DNA of 24,000 bases from Thermodesulfobacteriota bacterium B35 (lineage in GTDB: Bacteria > Desulfobacterota > Desulfobulbia > Desulfobulbales > Desulfobulbaceae), in contig JBKIWM010000002.1 in NCBI GenBank assembly GCA_046599375.1, forward strand, positions 503,001 to 527,000, given 5' to 3'. Made by a program: the position numbers and the translations under genes. Below the pieces are notes generated by a model. The model saw only the letters and a program-made list of their open reading frames with translations. It searched no databases and was not told the DNA's origin. Shown piece by piece: positions 9,921 to 18,050 of the stretch. The first letter of the stretch is position 1. Each line of letters starts with the position of its first letter.

Positions 9921-10661
9921 ATGACAGCAAACAGCCCCCGGGTCATGGTGGAGCTGATCAAGGTCAGCAAGACCTATCCGCCCAGTGTCCACGCCCTGCA
10001 GGATGTCTCTTTAAGTGTGCGCAGCGGCGAGATGCTTTTTCTCACCGGCAAAAGCGGCGCCGGCAAAACCACCCTCCTGCGGCTGCTCTGCCGGAGCGAG
10101 GTCCCGGACAAGGGACTGGTGGAGGTGGCCGGCCAGGACCTGGAGCGGATCTCCGGCAGCGGTCTGCAGCAGCTCAGGCGCAGGATCGGCATGGCCTACC
10201 AGGACTTCCGGCTGCTGCCCCGCCATACTGTGGCGCAAAATATCGCCCTGGCCATGGAGGTGGCCTACAGGAAACCATCCTTTATCCGCAAACGGACCAG
10301 GGAACTGCTGGAAAGACTGCGCCTGTCCGACAAGTACCACACGCCAGCCGGCGAGCTATCGCGTGGCGAACAGCAGCGCATCGCCATTGCCCGCGCCCTG
10401 GCCAACAGACCGGACCTGGTCCTGGCCGACGAGCCCACCGGCAACCTGGACCGGGAGACCAGCACCCTGGTGATGGAACTCTTTCGTGAGCATGAGGAGC
10501 AGGGCGCCACTCTCATCATTGCCACCCACGACCGGGAGCTCTTTGATGATGGTGGCCACAGGGTGGTCGAACTGTGGGACGGACGACTGCTGGCACCGGA
10601 GGACGGGGAGGACACAGGCTCCGGGGATGCATCTCTGCAGAGCGAGGAGGCAGACCAGTGA
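9921..10661 (+). CDS. ftsE: cell-division ABC transporter ATP-binding protein FtsE
   Basis: Walker A 'GKSGAGKTT', ABC signature 'LSRGEQQR', Walker B 'LVLADEPTG'. Start taken at ATG 9921 after AGGAAA. Followed by ftsX with a GTGA overlap. Confidence 0.9.
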   Translation: MTANSPRVMVELIKVSKTYPPSVHALQDVSLSVRSGEMLFLTGKSGAGKTTLLRLLCRSEVPDKGLVEVAGQDLERISGSGLQQLRRRIGMAYQDFRLLPRHTVAQNIALAMEVAYRKPSFIRKRTRELLERLRLSDKYHTPAGELSRGEQQRIAIARALANRPDLVLADEPTGNLDRETSTLVMELFREHEEQGATLIIATHDRELFDDGGHRVVELWDGRLLAPEDGEDTGSGDASLQSEEADQ

Positions 10662-11545
10662 ACTTCCTGCGCGCCATCATCGGCCAGACCCTGCGCAACC
10701 TGCGCCGGACCTGGAGTTCCCAGGCCCTGACCCTGCTGACCATCACCCTGTCGGTGCTGATCTTCTCCTTCTTCTTCCTCATCTATATCAATATGATCAA
10801 CGCAGGAAGGCACATGGGAGACAACCTGCGGCTCATCGTCTACCTGGACGAGGAGCCGGGCAAATCCCTGCAGGATGAATATCGCCGCAAGATCCTCAAG
10901 TTCGACCGGGTGGAAAGGATAGAGTTCGTCTCTTCCCGCCAGGCCTATGAACGGTTCCGCAAGCAGCTCGGCCATGACCAGGATGTGCTCGAGGGCATGC
11001 CCAGGAACTTCCTGCCTCCGTCCATCGAGGTCTATCCCATCCGTTCTCTGGCCACCCTGACCAGGATCAAGCGGTTTTCCGACTACCTGCAGACCCTGCC
11101 CGGCGTGCTCAAAGTCCAGTATGGCAGGGAATGGATCGACCGTTTCTACTCCTTTGTCAAGCTGATGCGGGTGGTGGTCATCCTCTCCGGCCTGCTGCTC
11201 CTCCTGACCACCACCTTCATGGTCGCCCATACCATCCGACTGACCCTCTGTTCCCGTGAGCGCGAACTGGAGCTGCTGCGGCTGCTCGGGGCCTCCAACC
11301 AGTATATCCGGGCGCCCTTCTTTCTGGAAGGCGCCCTGCAGGGACTGGTGGGGTCAATCTGCGGCCTGGCTGCTCTCTATGTCTTCTTTGACTGGTTCAG
11401 GCTGCGTTTTGCCGGTACGGCGGTGCTCAACCTGTTCCCGTTCACCTTTTTTCCGATACCGGTGGTGCTGACCATCATCACGGCGGCCACCCTCCTCTGC
11501 GCCGGCGGCAGTTTCTTTTCCACCAGGCGTATCACAAGACTATGA
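10658..11545 (+). CDS. ftsX: cell-division permease-like protein FtsX
   Basis: GTG start overlaps the ftsE stop. N-terminus '[20 protein letters not shown]', a large periplasmic loop and 4 TM segments, as is typical of FtsX. Confidence 0.88.
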   Translation: MNFLRAIIGQTLRNLRRTWSSQALTLLTITLSVLIFSFFFLIYINMINAGRHMGDNLRLIVYLDEEPGKSLQDEYRRKILKFDRVERIEFVSSRQAYERFRKQLGHDQDVLEGMPRNFLPPSIEVYPIRSLATLTRIKRFSDYLQTLPGVLKVQYGREWIDRFYSFVKLMRVVVILSGLLLLLTTTFMVAHTIRLTLCSRERELELLRLLGASNQYIRAPFFLEGALQGLVGSICGLAALYVFFDWFRLRFAGTAVLNLFPFTFFPIPVVLTIITAATLLCAGGSFFSTRRITRL

Positions 11546-12750
11546 ACCCGGCCAGGTTTTCACCACTCCCGCTGTTTCTGCTCCTCATCTGTGGCCTGAC
11601 CGCTGTCGCCGCGACACAGCCACCTGAAGGGGAACAACCCTATAGCCGGTACCGGATCTCCATCGGCAGGCTGCGCAGCGAGATCCGCAGCCACCAGGAG
11701 AAGATCCGGCGCAGCGGCGCCCGGGAGCTCTCCCTGCTTGACGAAATCCAGGGGATCGACCATAGAATCGCGGAGGAAAAAGAAAAGATCCATGCCCTGC
11801 AGGAGCGGTTGCAGGTCCAGGAAGAGATCCTGGCGAAAAAGACCAGGGTTCTCGACCAGGTGCGGGCAGAGGAGGAAAAGGTCCGCCTTCACCTGCAGAC
11901 ACGGCTCAGGGCATTCTACCTCATGGGCCCCACAGGGTTTCTCAATGTTGTCTTCTCCCGGCACAGCCTGCCTGAGCTGGTCCTGTTCGATGACTCCTTC
12001 CGGCTCCTGCTCAAGCATGACCGGGCCACCATCGATTCCTACCGTACCGCCATCGCCCGGCTGCACAGGGCCATGGCCGCCCAGGAGCTTGAAAAATCCG
12101 TACTTGAGGATTTCATCCGCCAGGCCGATGAAGAAAAGGAGAAGCTGGCCGCGGCCCGGCGGGATAAGGAGGAACTGCTGCAGCGCATCAGGACCAGAAA
12201 GGGCCTCTACACACTGGCGGTCCGGGAGATGCGGAAGGCAGAGACCGAACTGGCCAGCACCCTGACCACCCTGAGAAGAAAGGAGAAGAGCCGGCAGCGC
12301 GGTTTTCTCCTCAACCGGGGCCGACTGATGCCGCCGGTACAGGGAAGGCTGGTGCGCGGGTTCGGCCGCAAGGACGGCAACACCGCCCTGACCAACGGTA
12401 TCATCATTGATGCTCCTGACCAAACTCCTGTACGGGCAATCTATCCCGGCAGAATACTTTTTTCCGGTTACATGCGGGGCTATGGCAACATGATCATCAT
12501 CGACCATGGCCTCCAGTACTTCACCATCACGGCCAGGCTGGAAAAACGGCTCAAAGATGAGGGTGAGCAGGTCGAAGCCGGTGAAGTGATCGGCATGACC
12601 GGAGATATCGCCACCCTGTTCGATCCGGGCATCTATTTCGAGATCCGGCATGGGGCAAAATCCCTGGATCCGCTCAAGTGGCTGGTGCCCGGGGCCTACA
12701 GCCGGCCTGCCTCTGCACCGGCCACCGGACCGGAAGGGGAACAGGAGTGA
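11542..12750 (+). CDS. envC: EnvC-like murein hydrolase activator (coiled coil + degenerate LytM/M23 domain)
   Basis: ATGA overlap with ftsX. Signal peptide, long coiled coil and a C-terminal M23 fold. The metal ligands are replaced: 'TNGIIID' for HxGxD, 'ITARL' for xxHL, 'GIYFEIRHG' for HLHFE. Confidence 0.85.
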   Translation: MNPARFSPLPLFLLLICGLTAVAATQPPEGEQPYSRYRISIGRLRSEIRSHQEKIRRSGARELSLLDEIQGIDHRIAEEKEKIHALQERLQVQEEILAKKTRVLDQVRAEEEKVRLHLQTRLRAFYLMGPTGFLNVVFSRHSLPELVLFDDSFRLLLKHDRATIDSYRTAIARLHRAMAAQELEKSVLEDFIRQADEEKEKLAAARRDKEELLQRIRTRKGLYTLAVREMRKAETELASTLTTLRRKEKSRQRGFLLNRGRLMPPVQGRLVRGFGRKDGNTALTNGIIIDAPDQTPVRAIYPGRILFSGYMRGYGNMIIIDHGLQYFTITARLEKRLKDEGEQVEAGEVIGMTGDIATLFDPGIYFEIRHGAKSLDPLKWLVPGAYSRPASAPATGPEGEQE

Positions 12751-12769
12751 GTTGCTGTCTTCGCGTAAA

Positions 12770-12797
12770 CCCGGCCTGGCCGGACCATGATTTTTTT
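12770..12797 (+). terminator. weak candidate terminator after envC
   Basis: Palindrome cccggcctggccgg (12770-12783), followed 7 nt later by T7 (12791-12797). The stem is short and the T-run is displaced. Confidence 0.3.
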
Positions 12798-12890
12798 GTC
12801 GCAGCCAAAATACACTATGAAAACATTGAAAATCAGACAGATACCATCAGGCCACAGGCAGGAGACTGCCCTGTCACCTGGTACCTGGTG

Positions 12891-12908
12891 CCTGCCCCCT
12901 GTCTCCTG
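12891..12908 (+). repeat. 18-nt exact repeat CCTGCCCCCTGTCTCCTG (copy 2, upstream of ctpA)
   Basis: Identical 18-mer to 2564-2581. Its 3' part can pair with the upstream CAGGAGAC at about 12860-12868. Ends 23 nt before the ctpA ATG. Confidence 0.7.
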
Positions 12909-12931
12909 ATTTCAGCGCCGAGAATCCTGCC

Positions 12932-14311
12932 ATGAAACAGCTTATCTTTCTCTGTTCTCTTCTCCTGGTTCTCTCCACCATCCCGGTGCGGGCTGAGAAA
13001 ACTGCCGCAGACAGCAGTGAACAACAGCAGCAGACGATCTACCGCAACCTGGAGACCTTTGCCAATGTGCTGACGCTTCTGCAGCAGCACTATGTCGACG
13101 AGATCGATACCCGGAAGGTGATCATCGGTGCCATCAACGGCATGCTCACCTCACTCGATCCCCATTCGGCCTACATGCCGCCCGAGGACTTCAAGGAACT
13201 GCAGGAGGAAACCAAGGGCAGTTTCAGCGGCATCGGTATCGAGATCACCATCCGCGACGGCGTGCTGACAGCGGTCTCGCCCATCGAGGGCACGCCGGCA
13301 TTTGCGGCCGGCATCCAGGCCGGTGACCAGATCATCCGCATCAATGGCGAATTGACCAAATCCATGACCCTCATGGATGCGGTAAAGAAACTGCGGGGCA
13401 AAAAGGGGACCAAGGTCACTCTTACCATTCACCGCCAAGGATGGCCCGAGCCCAGGGATTTTGTCCTTGTCCGTGACGTCATCCCGCTCCACTCTGTACG
13501 GACCATGCCGCTTGAGCCGGGTCTGCTCTATGCCCGGATCACCAACTTTCAGGCCAATACCACCCGCGATTTTATCAGGGCACTGCGCAGGGCAGGGAAA
13601 AAACATCCGGTTAAGGGTCTGCTCCTTGACCTGCGCGATAATCCCGGCGGCCTGCTGGACCAGGCGGTCAAGGTGGCGGACGTCTTTATCGACAAGGGTA
13701 TCATCGTCTCCACCCGGGGCCGCGATCCGGAACAGAACATGAGCTTTAAGGCACACAAAGGCAACAGGAAGTATCATTTTCCCATGGTGGTCCTTGTCAA
13801 CGGCGGTTCGGCCAGCGCCTCGGAGATCGTGGCCGGTGCCCTTCAGGATCATCGGCGGGCGATCATCATCGGCACCGAGACCTTTGGCAAGGGCTCGGTG
13901 CAGACCATTATCCCCATGCCCAACGGTGCCGGTATCCGTCTCACCACTGCCCGCTACTACACGCCCAGCGGCAGGTCCATCCAGGAGACCGGTATCCGGC
14001 CGGATGTCGTGGTGCCGTTCCGGGAACCGGCAGCAACGGAGAAAACAGCCAGGCAGTGGTCGATCCGGGAAAAGGATCTTCCCCACCATTTCCGAAATGA
14101 TGGTGACAATGCGGTGAAGAATGGCGGTAAGGGCACCGGGAATGCGGAGTCAGCGGGAAAAACAAAAAAAATCCGTGAGCGGCTTGCCCGGGACAACCAG
14201 TTGCGGACTGCCTATATCATTCTCAAGAGCCTCAATATCGTGCTCCATGAGGATGCGGCAGCGCCGAAACAGTCCAGCGGTGATGGCCAGGCCAGGAGGA
14301 ACGGCAGCTAA
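12932..14311 (+). CDS. ctpA: S41 carboxy-terminal processing peptidase (CtpA/Prc family)
   Basis: Signal peptide, PDZ domain ('GIGIEI...AAGIQAGDQII'), and S41 catalytic region 'NGGSASASEI...GTETFGKGSVQ'. Confidence 0.92.
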   Translation: MKQLIFLCSLLLVLSTIPVRAEKTAADSSEQQQQTIYRNLETFANVLTLLQQHYVDEIDTRKVIIGAINGMLTSLDPHSAYMPPEDFKELQEETKGSFSGIGIEITIRDGVLTAVSPIEGTPAFAAGIQAGDQIIRINGELTKSMTLMDAVKKLRGKKGTKVTLTIHRQGWPEPRDFVLVRDVIPLHSVRTMPLEPGLLYARITNFQANTTRDFIRALRRAGKKHPVKGLLLDLRDNPGGLLDQAVKVADVFIDKGIIVSTRGRDPEQNMSFKAHKGNRKYHFPMVVLVNGGSASASEIVAGALQDHRRAIIIGTETFGKGSVQTIIPMPNGAGIRLTTARYYTPSGRSIQETGIRPDVVVPFREPAATEKTARQWSIREKDLPHHFRNDGDNAVKNGGKGTGNAESAGKTKKIRERLARDNQLRTAYIILKSLNIVLHEDAAAPKQSSGDGQARRNGS

Positions 14312-14364
14312 CCCCTCACAGTAAGCGCTCACAGGAGCCGCACGGAGTCTTCACTTACCTCTTT

Positions 14365-14443
14365 GCACGGTCGTGCCTGCCCGCACAGGTAGGCTATCGG
14401 AGTCTCCCCGCGGTCGCTTACCTGCGGCCAGGCACGCCTGCAC
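14365..14443. repeat. long imperfect hairpin related to the 19048-19152 element
   Basis: Arms cgtgcctgcccgcacaggtagg / cttacctgcggccaggcacg. The reverse complement of 14362-14384 matches 19107-19130 at about 20/24, and both share ATAGCCTAC. Confidence 0.65.
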
Positions 14444-14479
14444 AAATCCTCTACAAAAGATGGACCCGTAAAAAGTCCG

Positions 14480-14619
14480 TCACACTCTAAAGATGGCTCA
14501 GCAGAAAAGTTCGATATACAAGGCGTAGCGGTGTCGGCCAGGCGGAGGGGTACATGGAGTACGTCGAGCATTGGCCGTACCCGCTACAACGCAGCAGATC
14601 GGACTTTTTGCGACGCCAT
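14480..14619. repeat. large A5...T5-clamped imperfect hairpin between convergent ctpA and hgcB (possible bidirectional terminator)
   Basis: Outer stem aaaaagtccg / cggacttttt (14480-14489 / 14610-14619). Inner stem gcgtagcggtgtcggcca / tggccgtacccgctac. The interior is asymmetric. Confidence 0.55.
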
Positions 14620-14647
14620 CACAAAAGGCGCAGATATTTCAAGGCAG

Positions 14648-14675
14648 CTGCCGAAAGCGGTGAACGGTGACAAAG
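14648..14675 (-). repeat. GTTCAC stem-loop repeat, copy F
   Basis: The minus strand reads GTTCACCGCTTTCGGCAGCTGCCTTGAA, 24 nt after the hgcB stop. Stem CCG/CGG, loop CTTT. Confidence 0.8.
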
Positions 14676-14699
14676 GAGACAGGAAAGAGGGCAACGGGT

Positions 14700-14981
14700 T
14701 CAGCAGCAGGGACCCTCGATGCCGAGCAGCTCGTTGATCACCCCCCGGACGCAGCCCTCGCCGGCTTCGACCGTGATGGCGCCGGCCGGGCAGTTGCGCA
14801 TGCAGGCGCCGCATTCCATGCAGTGGTTCCTGGCCACCATGTCAGCCCTGCCCCGCTGCAGCGCAAACACCTGGTGCGGACAGACGGTCACGCACATGCC
14901 ACAGCCGATACAGCGGTTGCGGTCATAGGCCAGACTGACCACATCTTCAAGATACGTCAGCTCAGACATCTGGTGAGTCAT
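14700..14981 (-). CDS. hgcB: mercury-methylation ferredoxin HgcB
   Basis: Small 2x[4Fe-4S] ferredoxin with 'CIGCGMCVTVCP' and 'CMECGACMRNCP'. It has the HgcB-characteristic C-terminal vicinal Cys pair ('...GPCC*') and sits directly downstream of hgcA. The GGAGG abuts ATG 14981, so ATG 14969 ('MSELTYLED') may be the true start. Confidence 0.88.
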   Translation of the reverse strand: MTHQMSELTYLEDVVSLAYDRNRCIGCGMCVTVCPHQVFALQRGRADMVARNHCMECGACMRNCPAGAITVEAGEGCVRGVINELLGIEGPCC

Positions 14982-15047
14982 CCTCCTTGAAAAATAGTAA
15001 AAGTATCTGTCTTTTCAGGTGGTTGTCCATGGCGTCGGCCTATCAGG

Positions 15048-16178
15048 TTACGAAAAAAGCGCCGTCAGCCACAGGCCGAGGCCGATGATCAGGGCCGCGG
15101 CCTGCAGTGGAATGGCCCGCAGCATCTCCCTGCGGACGCCACCGGGTGAAGTGTAGGTCGTGGCTCCGGTGAAGGCCATGGCGAACCAGGAGGCGATGGT
15201 CAGGGTGACCAGCAGCAGGGCCATGCTTTCCATCAGTCCCTGTTCCGGCCACCGGTGCCGAAGGAAACCGAAGATACCGGCAAAACAGACCAGACCTGTC
15301 AACACGCCCTTGCCGCTGAAGGAGCGGCCGGGAATCCAGGGCAGCAGCAGGGGCGTCATCACGGTCCCTGCCAGGATGCCGGCCAGCACGGCCAGGGCCA
15401 TGGGCAGGCCATGCACCTCCACGGCGCGACCATAGGCAAGATTCCGTGCCAGTCCGGAGACAGCCAGCAGGACAAGGATGAGGGGCAACCCGACCCTGAG
15501 GGCCTGCATCACTTCCACCGGGACCAGAACCAGCCGTTCAGACAGTGGAAAATCTTTGACCCGCATCCCCGGTTCTGCCCTGCAACCGTTGTCCAGGAAA
15601 CGGGGCAGATCCGAGGCCATGACCGGACCGTAGATCACCCTGAAGCCGGAATGGCGTCGGATTTCGTGTGCCGCCAGGCCGGGAGCCCCGAGCTGGGGCA
15701 CGATCAGGCGCCGGTGGCTGACCACCTCCTCCAGCCTGGAGGCCTGGATCCGGTCCAGCAGTTCCAGGGTGCCGAAGGTCCCCTTGCCGGCCGCGCACCA
15801 GACATTGATTCCCTTTGTATCCAGGACCAGTATCCACAGATCGCGGCCCGGCAGGGCACTGCGCAGAACATCGAAGCTCATTTTGTAATTTGCGCTCACC
15901 AGGACCGGGCTGTGCTCATCGGGCCGGCCCAGGGCATAAAGGCCGGGCTCGACAGTGAAATGCATGCGGCCGATATTCCAGCGCGCCAGCCAGCTTCCCA
16001 GCCGGTCGCGCAAATTCAGCCCGGCACGGACCTGTGGCACCTTGCCCACCGGAGTGGTCAGGGTGCCGCGGACAAAAGGCTGGTCCGGCGAGGGCAGCCG
16101 AAAAGTGACCTCTCCTGCCCCCGGCCTGGCCACAGGCAGGAAGCGGAGCTGGCCGGAAGCTGAAGGAGTGATGGTCAT
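15048..16178 (-). CDS. hgcA: mercury-methylation corrinoid protein HgcA
   Basis: Contains the HgcA-diagnostic cap-helix motif 'NVWCAAGKGTFGT', followed by about 5 C-terminal TM helices. Start taken at 'MTITPSASG' (16178), whose ATG overlaps the upstream permease stop (ATGA). The ORF-track extension to 16316 is judged spurious. Confidence 0.9.
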   Translation of the reverse strand: MTITPSASGQLRFLPVARPGAGEVTFRLPSPDQPFVRGTLTTPVGKVPQVRAGLNLRDRLGSWLARWNIGRMHFTVEPGLYALGRPDEHSPVLVSANYKMSFDVLRSALPGRDLWILVLDTKGINVWCAAGKGTFGTLELLDRIQASRLEEVVSHRRLIVPQLGAPGLAAHEIRRHSGFRVIYGPVMASDLPRFLDNGCRAEPGMRVKDFPLSERLVLVPVEVMQALRVGLPLILVLLAVSGLARNLAYGRAVEVHGLPMALAVLAGILAGTVMTPLLLPWIPGRSFSGKGVLTGLVCFAGIFGFLRHRWPEQGLMESMALLLVTLTIASWFAMAFTGATTYTSPGGVRREMLRAIPLQAAALIIGLGLWLTALFS

Positions 16179-17404
16179 TTTTCGCTCTTTTTGCCGAGGT
16201 CCGACAACGGCTGCAGGGGCACAGGATGTTCGCTGCCACAGCCGCAGGTGTCGTGATGGTGATCCTGGTGACGGCCATGATGTTCGTGGCCGGATGCGCA
16301 GGAACCCGAGAAACATCCGCAGCCCTCGCCGGCAAACCTTTTCCTGACAATGGCGGCCAGCGGCTGTACCGAGAGCAGCAGGAGAACAATGGTCGCACCC
16401 AGCATCAGCCAGGCAGGCAGGACCTCGGCGGCCTGGCCGACAACAGCGGTGGCCGAGATACCAAGACCCAGGTAGATCACATCGACGATCAGGCCGCAGA
16501 TCACACTGACCACGGCGATGGAGGCAAGATAGAGCCCGGTGGCGCTCCTGCCCAGGATCCCCAGCAGCACGGAGAGCGAGGTGACATTGGTCGCCGGGCC
16601 CACCAGGAGGAAGACCAGGGCCGTGCCAGGGCTGACCCCCTTGAGGATCAGGGCGGCGGCAATGGGGGTGGAGGCGGTGGCGCAGATGTAGAGGGGAATG
16701 CCGAAGGCGAGCATCAGCAGCATGGAACCGATGCCGCCCCCCAGGTAGTGCGAGATCATGTCGTCGGGCACCAGGACGGTGATGACCCCGGCAAGGAGAA
16801 TACCGACAAAGAACCAGCCGACCAGGTCGGCCCAGATATCGGTGACCGCGAAACGGACCCCGGCAAACAGCTTTTCGGTCATGGAATGGTGGTGCCGGTG
16901 CACCTCGGGAGGACAGTCCGCACCGTCGCAGCAGTTGTCGATGGGACAGCGCAGGTCGGGCTGCACCCTGTCCGCGGCTTCGGGCGGATGGAGAAAGTTC
17001 TCCCCCACCCCGGCCACAAAGGCGGAAACAAAGGCGGCCACCGGCCGGGCAATGGTCATGATCGGGTCAAGCAGGGCCCAGGTGATGGAGATGGAATCCA
17101 CGCCCGACTCCGGTGTGGAGATGAGAAAGGCAGTGGTGGCGCCATTGTTGGCGCCCTGTTTCTTGAGCGAGGCCGCTGCCGGCAGTACACCGCAGGAACA
17201 GAGCGGAATAGGTATGCCGAACAGGGCCGCCTTGAAGACCGAACTGAACCGGCCGCTGCCGAGATGACTGGCAATGTAGGCCGGCGACATGAAAACCTTG
17301 AGCAGGCCGCCGACCAGCAGGCCGAAGAGGATATAGAGTGAGGCGTCCTGCAGAAGCTGCCAGGATTCGGCCAGGACATCGGTCAGGAAGGTGATGATGG
17401 TCAT
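16175..17404 (-). CDS. COG0701 / ArsP / SO_0444-like metal(loid) permease with Cys/His-rich loop and tail
   Basis: Two-repeat permease with 'GIPIPLCSCGVLP' and 'GIPLYICATASTP' signatures. Cytoplasmic loop 'CPIDNCCDGADCPPEVHRHHH' and C-terminal tail 'GCGCFSGSCASGHEHHGRHQDHHHDTCGCGSEH'. Confidence 0.8.
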   Translation of the reverse strand: MTIITFLTDVLAESWQLLQDASLYILFGLLVGGLLKVFMSPAYIASHLGSGRFSSVFKAALFGIPIPLCSCGVLPAAASLKKQGANNGATTAFLISTPESGVDSISITWALLDPIMTIARPVAAFVSAFVAGVGENFLHPPEAADRVQPDLRCPIDNCCDGADCPPEVHRHHHSMTEKLFAGVRFAVTDIWADLVGWFFVGILLAGVITVLVPDDMISHYLGGGIGSMLLMLAFGIPLYICATASTPIAAALILKGVSPGTALVFLLVGPATNVTSLSVLLGILGRSATGLYLASIAVVSVICGLIVDVIYLGLGISATAVVGQAAEVLPAWLMLGATIVLLLLSVQPLAAIVRKRFAGEGCGCFSGSCASGHEHHGRHQDHHHDTCGCGSEHPVPLQPLSDLGKKSEK

Positions 17405-17406
17405 GA

Positions 17407-17766
17407 TTACTCCCGTATATGTTCCAGGGCCAGCTCCATGAGCCGGTGAACATGGTCGTCGCTGAGCCGATAGTAGAGGACCGGTCCCTGGCGTCGGTTG
17501 ACGACAAGATGGAGCTGACGGAGGAGACGCAACTGATGGCTCACCGCCGACTCACTGATTCCGAGAAATCGGGCCAGGTCGCAGACACACATCTCGTCCT
17601 CCTGCAGGGCCCGCAGGATGCGCAACCGGTTGGGATCCCCCATGGCCTTGAACAGTTGCGCCATGGCACTGTTCTCGCTCTCGGCCAGAGACGACGCCAG
17701 GGCGCGATCAATACGATCCTGGTGGATACAGCGGCATGCGCACCGGTCTTCAGGGATCTTTTTCAT
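17407..17766 (-). CDS. arsR: ArsR/SmtB-family metalloregulator
   Basis: Winged HTH 'NRLRILRAL...CVCDLARFLGISESAVSHQLRLL' with the alpha3 CVC site plus an N-terminal 'CACRC' cluster. Its stop is 2 nt before the permease ATG. Start taken at 'MKKIPEDR' (17766). Confidence 0.9.
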   Translation of the reverse strand: MKKIPEDRCACRCIHQDRIDRALASSLAESENSAMAQLFKAMGDPNRLRILRALQEDEMCVCDLARFLGISESAVSHQLRLLRQLHLVVNRRQGPVLYYRLSDDHVHRLMELALEHIRE

Positions 17767-17767
17767 G

Positions 17768-17786
17768 GTGTGCGAAAGCGGTGAAC
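17768..17786 (-). repeat. GTTCAC stem-loop repeat, partial copy G
   Basis: The minus strand reads GTTCACCGCTTTCGCACAC and is immediately followed by the arsR ATG. Its first 14 nt are identical to copy F. Confidence 0.7.
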
Positions 17787-17879
17787 TGTTACAATTTCTT
17801 GCGATATGTACGGTTGTTGCCAGTGACGGCGCACCATTGCCAACTGTTATGGCCGGTCTGCCATGGACGGGCATGTTTT

Positions 17880-17905
17880 ATTATCTGCACATCTGTTCAG
17901 ATAAT
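17880..17905. promoter_or_regulatory. 12-2-12 inverted repeat, candidate ArsR/SmtB operator overlapping a GATAAT -10-like hexamer
   Basis: ATTATCTGCACA-tc-TGTTCAGATAAT with 11/12 arm complementarity, 114-139 nt upstream of the arsR ATG. The 12-2-12 architecture and TCAGA-type half-sites are typical of ArsR/SmtB operators. Confidence 0.5.
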
Positions 17906-17978
17906 ACCACCTGCAGCGGATTCTGCAAGTACAATTCTGTTGCCCATGCTGCGGCCCGGAAATTCCTGTCTCCTGATC

Positions 17979-18013
17979 AAAAAGGCCGCACCAGTGTCAA
18001 AAACGGTGCGGCC
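17979..18013 (-). terminator. Rho-independent terminator of the HisKA-only gene
   Basis: 9-bp stem ggccgcacc / ggtgcggcc (17984-17992 / 18005-18013). It is followed on the minus strand by T5 (17979-17983), 38 nt after the stop at 18051. Confidence 0.7.
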
Positions 18014-18050
18014 GGGGAGAGGATGAGGGGACAGGGCCGAAAGAGGCTGC

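Noticed and set aside
12855-12872. B12-box-like sequence CAGGCAGGAGACTGCC, suggesting a cobalamin riboswitch upstream of ctpA.
   Set aside because: No other conserved cobalamin-riboswitch elements (GGGAA, GGTG.AA.TCC, CCCGC.ACTG) were seen in 12751-12931, and the downstream gene is unrelated to B12.
16179-16316. ORF-track N-terminal extension of hgcA (46 aa), and similar 5' extensions of arsR (to 17874), HAD (to 8954) and the HisKA-only gene (to 18767).
   Set aside because: The extensions overlap the upstream gene or repeat elements and are Arg/Pro-rich, low-plausibility sequence. The internal Met starts fit family N-termini and operon spacing.
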